Positions 1-11,676 of a stretch of 50,423 nt of DNA are shown here, piece by piece. Source of the DNA: Actinomycetota bacterium (GTDB taxonomy: Bacteria > Actinomycetota > Actinomycetes > Actinomycetales > Microbacteriaceae). The notes beneath the pieces are model-generated. The model was not told the origin of the DNA. It saw only the letters and a list, made by a program, of their open reading frames with translations, and did not search any database. Made by a program: the position numbers and the translations under genes. Where the stretch lies: assembly GCA_041158725.1 (NCBI GenBank), contig JBEBAV010000001.1, positions 1 through 50,423 of the forward strand, written 5' to 3'. Each line of letters begins with the position of its first letter. Positions within the stretch are counted from its first letter, which is position 1.

Positions 1-37
1 CTGTTCATCGCGCCATAACGGAAATAAAGCTTGGCCA

Positions 38-685
38 TTAGGTCAAATATCCATCCTCGGCTGCACGCCGAACCAAATCTGCCCGCCGGGACGCGGGTCT
101 TCCTGCTCTAGCGTACTTCTCGCGCACGCGTCTGAGGTACGTTTTGGCCGTCTCAAACTGAACATTCATGGCTTCAGCTACCTCTTTGGTCGCTAAGCCC
201 CGGCAATACAGGACTAGAGCCTGTTCTTCACCAGCACTGAGCTTGGGTTTAACGAGCTCTTCGGCGTGTTGAGCAGGCTCCGTATGGCCATTTTCTGTGC
301 CCATGTGTGCCATACCCAGGAGCGTACGCATGCGAGCAGCCACCACATTCATCGAGGTGGACTTATCGAAGAATGCATCCGCACCGGCGGCAAGAACTCG
401 CTCTTCCAGTTCGGGGCTTGCCAAGGCGCTAATTACGACGACCCGAGATCCGGCAGCTTTGCAGGTGAGTACCCGGGCTTCGATGGAAACAGGCTCGGCC
501 AGCTGATAATCCATCAAGACCACATCCGAGGGAAAATCGCTGTTAGCCAAGCAACCTGACCAAGATGTTTCCGAGACGGCAACACTGAAATCAGGGGCAT
601 TGCCGGCAAACCAACTGGTCAAAGAATCAACCAGCAACTCGTGGTCGTCCAAAATGGTGAGAGTTACAGCAGGCTTACTTGGCAT
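38..685 (-). CDS. NarL/LuxR-family DNA-binding response regulator
   Basis: Receiver domain (ILDDHELL, phospho-acceptor VVLMD) plus C-terminal LuxR HTH (LSAGEEQALVLYCRGLATKEVAEAMNVQFETAKTYL). Overlaps the upstream gene. Confidence 0.92.
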   Translation of the reverse strand: MPSKPAVTLTILDDHELLVDSLTSWFAGNAPDFSVAVSETSWSGCLANSDFPSDVVLMDYQLAEPVSIEARVLTCKAAGSRVVVISALASPELEERVLAAGADAFFDKSTSMNVVAARMRTLLGMAHMGTENGHTEPAQHAEELVKPKLSAGEEQALVLYCRGLATKEVAEAMNVQFETAKTYLRRVREKYARAGRPASRRADLVRRAAEDGYLT

Positions 686-1772
686 AGTAGAACATCACAT
701 TCACTTGACCATCGTTATCGATGAAACGCACATCTTCGAATACGACATACATCACGCGCAAAAATGAGGAAATGTAGGTGCGCATTTTGGCGCCAGTCAA
801 CGAGTGCGGTGTTTCACTGCCTTGCACAACACACGAAAGCCTGTTGGAGAGTGGATCCACTCTGAGTGAAACCTGAAGGTCTGTAATTCCTGTTTCTTGG
901 AAACCAGTGACCAATGCTGAAATGGCCGACTGCGCCGATAGATCAAGCTGTGCGAGCACATTCTCAGGATCATGAAGTGTGCAACCGGCTCGTTCAACCC
1001 ACGTCTGATCTGCAAGGGTGACTAATTCCGCACGAATACTTCCTGCAAGTTCTCGCGCTCGGGCTGTATCGGCCTCTGTGACTCGGCCCGAAGACAGAAG
1101 AGACACCAAAAGCTCACGCGCCTCACGGGTGAGTGGTCGCACCACATCAGTGTCATCAGCGAGACCCGGGTCCACAGCGGTCTCATTGATGGTCTTCTGC
1201 CATGCCATCAAAATACGACTAGCTTTATGGGTATAACTGGCCTGACCCAACACAACGATGCCGACAAGAGCGACTCCTGACACACAGAAATACAGGGGAC
1301 CAAAAGGCAGAGGGTGGCTCAGGCTTTCCAAACCAAGCACCGCAAACAACGTCAGCACGGCAGCGAAACCGGCAAAATACTGATCGGGTAGCGAGCGGTA
1401 ACCGCTTGCCGACGCAAAGATGAGCGCCACGGCAATGGGCCCCCACTCTGTCAAGAAGGTGACGTATCCAGCGCCGTTGGAGGCAATTTGGAGTGCGCCA
1501 GCTGAGATCGTGAGGAATACAACAATGCTGTAGTTGCGTTGCGTATAGGGAGCATGCTGAGGTGCTGCCGACCACAGGTGAACAATCACCGCAAGGGACA
1601 GCAGAATCAATGCCGCTGACAACAGAGGGATGTTTTCTATACTGCGAAGAGACACTATAGAAATGATGACTGCGTAAGCCCACGTGATGATGCTGAAGAA
1701 AACGGCAACATCCCAGCTTGTCCCCGCGGCTAGAGGATCAAGCTGCTGCATGGTTCGTTCAGGTTTACGCAT
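675..1772 (-). CDS. Multi-pass membrane protein; possible degenerate sensor-kinase-like accessory subunit
   Basis: About 6 hydrophobic segments followed by a soluble C-terminal domain. No H-box or DxGxG motif. Overlaps both the kinase and the regulator genes. Confidence 0.7.
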   Translation of the reverse strand: MRKPERTMQQLDPLAAGTSWDVAVFFSIITWAYAVIISIVSLRSIENIPLLSAALILLSLAVIVHLWSAAPQHAPYTQRNYSIVVFLTISAGALQIASNGAGYVTFLTEWGPIAVALIFASASGYRSLPDQYFAGFAAVLTLFAVLGLESLSHPLPFGPLYFCVSGVALVGIVVLGQASYTHKASRILMAWQKTINETAVDPGLADDTDVVRPLTREARELLVSLLSSGRVTEADTARARELAGSIRAELVTLADQTWVERAGCTLHDPENVLAQLDLSAQSAISALVTGFQETGITDLQVSLRVDPLSNRLSCVVQGSETPHSLTGAKMRTYISSFLRVMYVVFEDVRFIDNDGQVNVMFYYAK

Positions 1773-2967
1773 TGCTGGCCTCCTTTCCCATCGGAAGCTG
1801 AAGCATCACAGCGGTCCCCTGGCCCTTATTCGACCACAGGCGAACCCGACCACCACACTGCTCAATTCTGTTGCGCACGGACAGTTTCAAACCCATGCGG
1901 TCTTCCGGAACTTCATCGACGTTGAATCCCTGACCACCATCAATGACAGTGACGGCAATGTTTTCACCGGCAGGGAGAATCACAACCTCGACCGCATTTT
2001 GACCGGAGTGGAGCTGAACATTAGTGAGGCACTGTGACAGTGCCGAGGTGAGAGCATCAACACGTTCTGGTGTGAGTGATTCAATTGCCGCAGGTTCACC
2101 GCCAAGGTTGATGGAGAGTCCCCGGGCTTCTGCTTGGGTGATCACATTCATCAACTGATCACGTTCAGCCGAGTCTTGTGCTGAAGAAACCTCAACCATC
2201 TTCGTGTTGCTGACATCACTAGTTTCGAAGAGTGCCAGTTGCGCTTCGATGGCTTCGCGCAGAGGATCTTGCAACATGCCCGTTTTAGTAGACCCGATGA
2301 CTGCCAAGTTGGCCAACAGGGTGTCATGTAATCGGGCTGCAATCGCTCGCGTGTTTTCTCGACGTTCCGTTGCAGTGGCCACCGAGAGTGCGCTTTGATC
2401 AAAGGTGATCTGGAACTTCTTGTTTGCTTTCAAGAGTTGTGGCGTAGATATAACTGCAGCAAGAACAACGAGATATCCCGCAAGGAGGCGAAGATCAAAC
2501 TCGTATGTTTCACCTGCAAGAAAAGCCCCCAAAGCCAGGGAGAGATTTGCTGCCACAAAACCAAAGGTTGCCCACATCACACGGTCTCGTGCTCGTGCGG
2601 CAACACCACAAGCGGTGACTAAGGCAAAACCAAGGAGAGAGAAAGGGAGAAAGACTGTTGAGTTGACGTCGGACATCGTTCCTAACACCGCCCAGACAGC
2701 AACAACCAAGGTGGCAGAGAGGAAGAGGATATAGAGCGAGGCCGATAACGGGGACAGCGGGGTAAACATCAACCGCCAGAGTACGAACCCGGGGAATCCC
2801 ACGAGGAAGCCTGCCCACATAACCCAGGCGTTGTTCTCATTCCAGCCAGCAAGGATGATAAGTATTTCAGCGAAGATCACCGAGTATGCCGAATAAACCA
2901 AGAACAAACGCGACAGCGCCTGTGCAAACAGAATCGGCGCTAGCTGTGCTGGGATTCCTAGCTGCAT
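1765..2967 (-). CDS. Membrane sensor histidine kinase (HisKA_3/NarX-like)
   Basis: N-terminal TM segments, H-box IAARLHDTLL, N-box QCLTNVQLHSG, G1 DGGQGF, G2 MGLKLSVRNRIEQCGG. Confidence 0.9.
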   Translation of the reverse strand: MQLGIPAQLAPILFAQALSRLFLVYSAYSVIFAEILIILAGWNENNAWVMWAGFLVGFPGFVLWRLMFTPLSPLSASLYILFLSATLVVAVWAVLGTMSDVNSTVFLPFSLLGFALVTACGVAARARDRVMWATFGFVAANLSLALGAFLAGETYEFDLRLLAGYLVVLAAVISTPQLLKANKKFQITFDQSALSVATATERRENTRAIAARLHDTLLANLAVIGSTKTGMLQDPLREAIEAQLALFETSDVSNTKMVEVSSAQDSAERDQLMNVITQAEARGLSINLGGEPAAIESLTPERVDALTSALSQCLTNVQLHSGQNAVEVVILPAGENIAVTVIDGGQGFNVDEVPEDRMGLKLSVRNRIEQCGGRVRLWSNKGQGTAVMLQLPMGKEASNA

Positions 2968-3023
2968 CTCACCGCCCCCGTTGAAGATTGTTCTTAGAGA
3001 ACAGTCTCCCCTATCCGCAAGCT

Positions 3024-4499
3024 TTAAACAGAGAGCTTGAGGGTCTTTGCTGAGGAAGCAAAGGACTTCTTTGCAACGGCAGGATCGTCAGAAAGACGAG
3101 TTCCGAAGCTGGGAATCATCTTCTTGATCTCAGGTTCCCACCCAGCGAACTCTGCGGGGAAGCACTTTTTGAGAACATCGAGCATGACAGGAACCGAAAC
3201 AGAAGCACCTGGTGATGCACCGAGCAGACCCGCGATAGTTCCGTCTGCAGCAGCAATGACCTCGGTACCGAACTGAAGAACTCCGACTTTCTTGGGGTCC
3301 TTCTTCATCACCTGAACGCGCTGACCAGCTGTAATAAGCTCCCAGTCTTCGTGCTGAGCATCGGGGAAAAACTCGCGCAGCGCATCAAGCTTCTTCTGCG
3401 GGCTCGCCATGAGCTCGCCAATCAAATACTTCAGCAGATCCAGGTTGGTTGCACCCACTGCAAGCATCGGCATGATGTTGTTCACACGGATGGAACCGGG
3501 AAGATCAAACCAGGAGCCTTGCTTGAGGAACTTCGGGGTGAATCCTGCGAAGGGGCCAAAAAGCAATGACTTCTCACCATCGACAACACGAGTGTCCAGG
3601 TGGGGAACTGACATGGGTGGTGCTCCCACAGACGCCTTGCCATAGACCTTGGCCTGGTGACGAGCCACAAGTGCAGGGTTGGTAGTGCGCAGGAACTGTC
3701 CTGAGATGGGGAATCCACCAAAGCCCTTGGCTTCCTTGATTCCAGCGCTTTGCAGCAGCGCAAGAGCGCCACCACCAGCACCCACGAAGACGAACTTGGC
3801 AGTAATGGTGTGTGGAGTATTTCCCACCGAGTCACGAAGATTGAGCTTCCAGTGACCGTTGTGAAGCTTCTTGAGCCCAGTGACCTGGGTTCCTGTGCGC
3901 AGCTTGGCACCGTTCTTGGTGATGTAGTCGAGTAGCTGCTTGGTCAGCGAACCGTAGTCCACGTCTGTTCCGGCAGTGATGCGGGTAGCAGCAATGGGTT
4001 CGTCACCGGTGCGACCATCCATGAGCAGCGGGGTCCACTTGGCAATGACCTGAGGGTCTTCTGAATACTCCATGCCGGCAAACAGTGGTTCGTCCTTGAG
4101 CACGGCGTATCGCTTGCGGAGGTACTCCACATTGGCCTCACCCCAGACGAACGTCATATGCGGGGTGGAGTTGATAAAGCTCGTGGGTGCATCCAGCATC
4201 TTGGAAGCGACCATGTAAGCCCAAAACTGCAGTGAAACCTGGAACTGCTCGTTGATGGCGACTGCCTTCGATGCTTCGACAGAACCGTCGGCGGCTTCGG
4301 GCATGTAGTTCAGCTCACACAGACCAGCGTGACCGGTTCCTGCGTTGTTCCAGGGGTTCGAGCTTTCCTGGGCGACCTCGCCGAGGCGTTCATAAACCTG
4401 AATGCTCCAGTCGGGCTGCAATTGCTTAATCAGAGCGCCGAGGGTGGCACTCATGATTCCGCCACCAATCAGGGCAACATCAACCGTCTTTGCATTCAC
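3024..4499 (-). CDS. mqo: Malate:quinone oxidoreductase
   Basis: FAD motif GGGIMSATL, ESSNPWNNAGTGHAGLCELNY, GAPPMSVPHLD, LLGASPGAS. Confidence 0.96.
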   Translation of the reverse strand: MNAKTVDVALIGGGIMSATLGALIKQLQPDWSIQVYERLGEVAQESSNPWNNAGTGHAGLCELNYMPEAADGSVEASKAVAINEQFQVSLQFWAYMVASKMLDAPTSFINSTPHMTFVWGEANVEYLRKRYAVLKDEPLFAGMEYSEDPQVIAKWTPLLMDGRTGDEPIAATRITAGTDVDYGSLTKQLLDYITKNGAKLRTGTQVTGLKKLHNGHWKLNLRDSVGNTPHTITAKFVFVGAGGGALALLQSAGIKEAKGFGGFPISGQFLRTTNPALVARHQAKVYGKASVGAPPMSVPHLDTRVVDGEKSLLFGPFAGFTPKFLKQGSWFDLPGSIRVNNIMPMLAVGATNLDLLKYLIGELMASPQKKLDALREFFPDAQHEDWELITAGQRVQVMKKDPKKVGVLQFGTEVIAAADGTIAGLLGASPGASVSVPVMLDVLKKCFPAEFAGWEPEIKKMIPSFGTRLSDDPAVAKKSFASSAKTLKLSV

Positions 4500-4568
4500 A
4501 TCCGCAAGTTTACGCGTGAATACCCCCGACTACTGCTGTCGCCGTTCCCACCTAGCGGGAGCAACGAA

Positions 4569-4601
4569 GAAGGCCACCGGGAACGAATCCCGATGGCCTT
4601 C
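4569..4601 (-). terminator. Intrinsic terminator after ask-asd
   Basis: Inverted repeat GAAGGCCACCGGGA / TCCCGATGGCCTTC just past the asd stop. Confidence 0.65.
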
Positions 4602-4620
4602 GACAAAAGCGAGAAACAGC

Positions 4621-6944
<2,324 letters not shown>

Positions 6945-7048
6945 GGTTGATAACTCCTGAAGGAATATGCTCGCGGCTACGGTTCTCACGAGCTGGAAGC
7001 TCTATTCTACCGGCAGATTTTTGGCGGTTTTGACCCCGCCTGAACAGG

Positions 7049-7645
7049 TTAGGAAACGGTGCGACGACCTTCAAAAGCACGACCCAGTGTGACCTCGTCT
7101 GCATATTCCAAATCTCCACCCACGGGCAGACCGGATGCCAGACGCGAGACCTTAATTTCGAGGGTTTTCAGAAGACGAGACAGATAGGTCGCGGTTGCTT
7201 CACCCTCCAGGTTGGGGTCTGTAGCAATGATGACCTCGGTGACAATGCCATCAGCCAAACGTGTCATCAGCTGGCGAATGCGCAGGTCATCGGGACCAAT
7301 GCCATCGATAGGACTGATGGCCCCTCCAAGCACGTGATAAAGCCCACGGAATTCTCGGGTGCGCTCAATAGCCACCACATCCTTGGCTTCTTCCACTACA
7401 CAGATAAAGGTGGGGTCGCGGCGAGGGTCACGGCAAATACCGCAGGTCACTTCTTCACTGACGTTGCCGCAGATTTCGCAGAACTTGACCTTCTCGCGCA
7501 CCTCAATCAGCACAGAGGACAAGCGAGAGACATCAAAGGACTCTGTCTGCAGAATATGGAACGCAATGCGCTGAGCCGATTTGGGTCCAATGCCGGGAAG
7601 TCTGCCTAGCTCATCTATGAGCTCTTGAACGATGCCGTCATACAT
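7049..7645 (-). CDS. recR: Recombination mediator RecR
   Basis: [13 protein letters not shown] HhH, C4 zinc finger CEIC...CGIC, Toprim [15 protein letters not shown]. Confidence 0.97.
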   Translation of the reverse strand: MYDGIVQELIDELGRLPGIGPKSAQRIAFHILQTESFDVSRLSSVLIEVREKVKFCEICGNVSEEVTCGICRDPRRDPTFICVVEEAKDVVAIERTREFRGLYHVLGGAISPIDGIGPDDLRIRQLMTRLADGIVTEVIIATDPNLEGEATATYLSRLLKTLEIKVSRLASGLPVGGDLEYADEVTLGRAFEGRRTVS

Positions 7646-7647
7646 GA

Positions 7648-9660
7648 CTAAGCCTCTGGGGTGACATCGTCGGCAACAACAGCAATGGGGGCAGTTACTT
7701 CTTCGGCAATGAACTTGGCATCGAGAAGTTCGCGAACAACAGCCTCGCCATAGCGAGCTTCTTCATGAGCTGCCTGCTCTGGAGTGAGCTTCTTTGCTGC
7801 CGGTGCAGCAGGAGATTGCGCAACAGGTTCCTCAGCTTCAGCAACCTCTGGTTCGTCTTCGAGAACAGCGGGAGCTCCACTGCCAGGAATAGCAACAACA
7901 TCCCAGCCGTCGTCAGAAGCTGCAGGCGAAACTTCCTCGAAGGGTGGTTCCTCATCCAGATCTGCAGGTGGCTCTTCTGGAAGTGGGGGTTCCTCCGCAG
8001 CAGGTGCGGGTGTGGCGAACTCACGAGGAGCGTTCACTGGTGCCGCAGCTGCTGTCACCGAACCGGTCTGTGTCATGCGATCAATTGGTGCGGTTGCCGT
8101 GGTGTCACTAGAAACCTTGAAAGCCACACGAACACCCAGAGTGTCAATGATTGCTTGGCGCAAAATCTCGTGCACTCCCCCGGGTACACCCTTCTGGGGA
8201 CGGAACGAGGCAGCATCTGCCTCGTTACTAAAGACCAGAGTAAGAACGTCGTCTTCGAGAGAGCGAACCTGTGCAGCTACAACTACCAACCACGCAGCAC
8301 GGCTCGTGTCCTGAATCTTTTCCAATACCGCAGGCCAGGCTTCTAGCAGTTCACGAGTTCCCACCGGACCTGGAGGAACCACAACCTTGGGCTCTTCCTT
8401 GACTGGCTCAGCCTTGGCCGTGGGAGAAGGTGACTCCACCTTGGCTGCAGGGGCTGGTGAAGGGGCTGATGTTTGAGTAGGTGCAGCTGCCGCAGGAGCT
8501 GGTGCAGAAGCTACAGGTGCGGCAGCAGCAGGTGCTTGGGCAACTGCAGGAGCACCGCCGGTGGCACGCACCAGTAGGCGAGCAATCATGAGCTCGAGGT
8601 GAAGACGAGGTGAGGTAGCACCGGTCATCTCGGTGAGAGAGGAGTTCACCACATCTGCTGCGCGAGAGAGTTCAGCTGAACCAAAGTTCTTCGCTTGGAC
8701 CTGCATGCGCTCGAGCTCATCTGCAGGAATACCGCGAAGCACTGCATTGGCGTTTGCCCCGGTTGCGGCAACGAGAATGAGGTCACGAAGACGCTCGAGG
8801 AGGTCCTCCACAAAACGGCGAGGGTCCTGACCGGTTTGAATCACACGATCCACGGCAGCAAAGGCAGCTGCCGAGTCCCCTGCGGCGAGCGCGTCTACTG
8901 CGTCATCCAGCAGTGCGCCATGAGTGAATCCCAGAAGTGAAACAGCTCGCTCATAGGTGACTGCGTCATTCTTAGATCCGGCAATGAGCTGGTCGAGCAA
9001 TGACAGGGTGTCACGAGCAGAACCACCACCTGCGCGCACAACAAGGGCAAGAACTCCCGGTTCAACCGAGATCTTCTCTGATGCACACAGGCTCTCGCAG
9101 TACTCCAGCATTTGTGCGGGAGGAATCAGTCGGAAGGGATAGTGGTGGGTGCGCGAACGAATGGTGCCGATAACCTTTTCAGGTTCGGTCGTCGCGAAGA
9201 TGAACTTCACGTGCTCGGGTGGTTCTTCCACCAGCTTGAGCAATGCATTGAAGCCCTGTGGGGTAACCATGTGCGCTTCGTCGAGGATGAAAATCTTGTA
9301 GCGGTCGCGAGCTGGTGCAAACACGGCACGTTCACGCAGGTCACGAGCGTCGTCGACACCATTGTGGCTTGCAGCATCAATTTCGACGACGTCGAGTGAG
9401 CCACCACCATCGCGAGAAAGTTCGACACAGCTGGGGCACACACCACAGGGAGTGTCTGTGGGGCCTTCGGCACAGTTCAAGCAGCGAGCAAGGATACGAG
9501 CCGAGGTGGTCTTTCCACATCCACGTGGACCGCTGAAAAGATAGGCGTGGTTAACCCGGTTTGTGCGCAGTGCCGTCATCAGGGGTTCGGTGACGTGGGA
9601 CTGCCCAATAACGTCAGCGAAAGATTCAGGCCGGTAACGGCGATACAGTGCGGTAGCCAC
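7648..9660 (-). CDS. dnaX: DNA polymerase III subunit gamma/tau
   Basis: ALYRRYRP, Walker A GPRGCGKT, zinc motif, ILDEAH. Long Pro/Ala-rich linker and acidic tail. Confidence 0.96.
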   Translation of the reverse strand: MATALYRRYRPESFADVIGQSHVTEPLMTALRTNRVNHAYLFSGPRGCGKTTSARILARCLNCAEGPTDTPCGVCPSCVELSRDGGGSLDVVEIDAASHNGVDDARDLRERAVFAPARDRYKIFILDEAHMVTPQGFNALLKLVEEPPEHVKFIFATTEPEKVIGTIRSRTHHYPFRLIPPAQMLEYCESLCASEKISVEPGVLALVVRAGGGSARDTLSLLDQLIAGSKNDAVTYERAVSLLGFTHGALLDDAVDALAAGDSAAAFAAVDRVIQTGQDPRRFVEDLLERLRDLILVAATGANANAVLRGIPADELERMQVQAKNFGSAELSRAADVVNSSLTEMTGATSPRLHLELMIARLLVRATGGAPAVAQAPAAAAPVASAPAPAAAAPTQTSAPSPAPAAKVESPSPTAKAEPVKEEPKVVVPPGPVGTRELLEAWPAVLEKIQDTSRAAWLVVVAAQVRSLEDDVLTLVFSNEADAASFRPQKGVPGGVHEILRQAIIDTLGVRVAFKVSSDTTATAPIDRMTQTGSVTAAAAPVNAPREFATPAPAAEEPPLPEEPPADLDEEPPFEEVSPAASDDGWDVVAIPGSGAPAVLEDEPEVAEAEEPVAQSPAAPAAKKLTPEQAAHEEARYGEAVVRELLDAKFIAEEVTAPIAVVADDVTPEA

Positions 9661-9727
9661 ACTTCAATAGTACGTGCCAGAGCTGACAAGCAGACCACAT
9701 CAACCGACGCTGTCAGCGCAATAAAAA

Positions 9728-9816
9728 GGACCCCTCGCGCACCCGCCAGAGCCCGGTTACCCTTGCTACGTTTCCGTCCTGGGGGAGTTGGCCTGGATGG
9801 CGCCACGCGAGGAGCC
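9728..9816 (-). ncRNA. ffs: Small signal recognition particle RNA (4.5S)
   Basis: Minus strand GGCTCCTCGCG...CCCCCAGGACGGAAACGTAGCAAGGG...CGCGAGGGGTCC forms a long hairpin with the domain IV CAGG/GGAA/AGCA motif. Usual position upstream of dnaX. A TACACT -10 lies upstream. Confidence 0.9.
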
Positions 9817-9928
9817 AGTATCCAGTGTAAAGCACTGGACCCTGTGCTCTCCACGTGAGTTCGTCAGCACCCTCAACTAGTGGTTAGAATAATCACGTTG
9901 TCCTCTTGCGCAAGCAGGTGGGCCATCA

Positions 9929-10016
9929 GGAGGATTCGCCTAGTGGCCTATGGCGCACGCTTGGAAAGCGTGTTGGGTTAACGCCCTCGGGGGTTCGAAT
10001 CCCCCATCTTCCGCCA
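9929..10016 (+). tRNA. tRNA-Ser(GGA), intact copy
   Basis: Cloverleaf with anticodon arm CACGC-TTGGAAA-GCGTG, long variable arm, GTTCGAATC and encoded CCA. TAGAAT -10 at 9885-9890. Confidence 0.96.
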
Positions 10017-10042
10017 TTGTGATGTTTCAAGACATCTTGTAC

Positions 10043-10078
10043 CCCCAAGCCCCCGTAAACGGAGGCTTGGGGTTTCTT
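10043..10078 (+). terminator. Hairpin/terminator after tRNA-Ser
   Basis: CCCCAAGCCCCCGT-AA-ACGGAGGCTTGGGG followed by TTTCTT. Confidence 0.6.
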
Positions 10079-10242
10079 ATTCGCACTGTAGCTGTGTGCC
10101 CTTCCTCCAAGACACTTCTGGCAAAATGCGCCTTGACTGAAGAAAGATCATTACTCGTAAATGTTTGTCTGCTGCAGCAAAAACAACCACAGCTCCATCA
10201 ACATTTATTCATCAATGATGATGTTCAGGGCGCACTTAAACA

Positions 10243-10273
10243 TGTGGGCGGTGTGAAAACCACACCGCCCACA
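10243..10273 (-). terminator. Terminator of the surface-protein gene
   Basis: Perfect 13-bp stem TGTGGGCGGTGTG / CACACCGCCCACA, 14 nt beyond the stop. Confidence 0.7.
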
Positions 10274-10287
10274 AAGTCCAGAACTAA

Positions 10288-11439
10288 TTATTTACTGGTG
10301 CGGCGTCGACGAGTCAACATGACCGCAATCGTTCCTGCGCCAATCGCTAGGAGTGCAAATACAGCAAATAAATCCGGCATGTTCGCCCCGGTTTTTGCCA
10401 GTGCTACTGGTGTAGATGCAGGTGTTGTTGGGGTTGAAACACTGGGTGCTGGAATCGTAGATTGAACAGGGTCACCAACGCTGACCGCACCAGTTGCCTG
10501 AACGCCGTCGAGGACCAAAACTGCCTGGAAGACGTTGTCATTGAGCGAGGCATTTACAGTGTTGATGGTTATGGAGGTGTCGCCCTGAGTGAGGAATGAT
10601 CCAAGCCCGTAGAGCTCGTCATCATCGGCAGTAGTGTTCAAGGCAGGCAAAGCAAGCGAGTCTCCGATGCCACCAACAGTGATAAGCGCGCCGTCTGAGC
10701 CCGTGCCATCATTCTGACCACCAGCCGTCTGAGAAATCCACTCAAGCGTTGAACGACTTGATGTAGACATTTTGATATTCGACTGCTGTGAACGGTTTCC
10801 TGCTGATTGTGAGCTGAAAGAAATCCCGAGTGATAATGTCGCGGACTGGCGCGAAAGGTCAGTCAATGCAGGAAAGTTCAGAGTGAACGAGTCACCACTT
10901 TGTCGTGCAGAACCGAAAACAACAACGACAGTCGTGGGTGTATTGATCTTTGCTGGATCATTGAAAATCACTACAAGCTCTTCGCCGTCAAGCGCTCCGG
11001 ATCCAGGAGAGGTGCCCTCGTCGAGGGGCAGTGTGAACGTTCCAGCAGCGTGAGCATCAATGTCGGGCTTGACGAGGGCTGTTACGTCAGCGAAGTAGTT
11101 GGCAAAGTTCCATCCAACTGTTGTGTTTGCTCTGTGGCTGTACGTAACTGTCTGCCCGTTAATCTTCACGTCTGTGGGAGTTGCGGCCGCAACGTTGGAG
11201 GCACTGGTGAGAAACGCAGCAATAACAGTTCCACCTGCTGGCTTCTCCACACTAATGTTGCCGGTTTGTGTCAGAAAACCTGTACCTGAAATTGAAGTTG
11301 TGAGTGGCCCTGTGTATCTGACCATCTCGTTGAGTCCACCGTTAGTCCATGACGTAGTCGTGGGCAATGCCACAGCCGATTGAGTACCTAGGAATACAAA
11401 GGCCACGACAGATAAGACGAGTGCAACGAGCTTTTTCAC
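10288..11439 (-). CDS. Secreted, sortase-anchored cell-surface protein (LAxTG type)
   Basis: Signal peptide (MKKLVALV...SAVA), Thr/Ser/Gly-rich body, Pro/Thr linker, then LAKTG + hydrophobic helix + RRRR tail. Confidence 0.85.
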   Translation of the reverse strand: MKKLVALVLSVVAFVFLGTQSAVALPTTTSWTNGGLNEMVRYTGPLTTSISGTGFLTQTGNISVEKPAGGTVIAAFLTSASNVAAATPTDVKINGQTVTYSHRANTTVGWNFANYFADVTALVKPDIDAHAAGTFTLPLDEGTSPGSGALDGEELVVIFNDPAKINTPTTVVVVFGSARQSGDSFTLNFPALTDLSRQSATLSLGISFSSQSAGNRSQQSNIKMSTSSRSTLEWISQTAGGQNDGTGSDGALITVGGIGDSLALPALNTTADDDELYGLGSFLTQGDTSITINTVNASLNDNVFQAVLVLDGVQATGAVSVGDPVQSTIPAPSVSTPTTPASTPVALAKTGANMPDLFAVFALLAIGAGTIAVMLTRRRRTSK

Positions 11440-11526
11440 GGAGAAATCCTAGGTGTAGAGGTATCAAAACTTTAGTCTAGAAATTTAGCTTAGAGTTGTC
11501 CTCGTGGCCAAGCAAGTAGGCCCCAA

Positions 11527-11614
11527 GGAGGATTCGCCTAGTGGCCTATGGCGCACGCTTGGAAAGCATGTTGGGTTAACGCCCTCGGGGGTTCGAATCC
11601 CCCATCTTCCGCCA
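11527..11614 (+). tRNA. tRNA-Ser(GGA), second copy with anticodon-stem mismatch (possible pseudo-tRNA)
   Basis: Identical to 9929-10016 at 87 of 88 positions. G9970 is A11568 here, giving a C-A mismatch in the anticodon stem. Confidence 0.85.
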
Positions 11615-11615
11615 C

Positions 11616-11647
11616 GAATAATCGCCCTCTTCGTAGGGCGATTATTC
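11616..11647 (+). terminator. Terminator hairpin after the second tRNA-Ser
   Basis: GAATAATCGCCCT-CTTCGT-AGGGCGATTATTC, perfect 13-bp stem. Confidence 0.7.
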
Positions 11648-11676
11648 AGTTAACCCTCTCTGATTGAATAGTTGGC

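Noticed and set aside
7648-8600. Programmed frameshift in dnaX, or a repeat element in its Pro/Ala-rich region
   Set aside because: I saw no A-AAA-AAG or long A-run slippery site, and low-complexity linkers are normal in actinobacterial DnaX.
9547-9858. ORFs 9547-9858 (+) and 9579-9854 (-)
   Set aside because: They overlap the SRP RNA and the dnaX start, which already explain the region.
9950-10465. 171-aa plus-strand ORF
   Set aside because: It starts inside tRNA-Ser, crosses two hairpins and runs antisense to the surface-protein gene.
9929-11614. Prophage or ICE bounded by attL/attR
   Set aside because: It spans only 1.6 kb, has no integrase or phage genes, and duplicates the whole tRNA rather than a 3' fragment.
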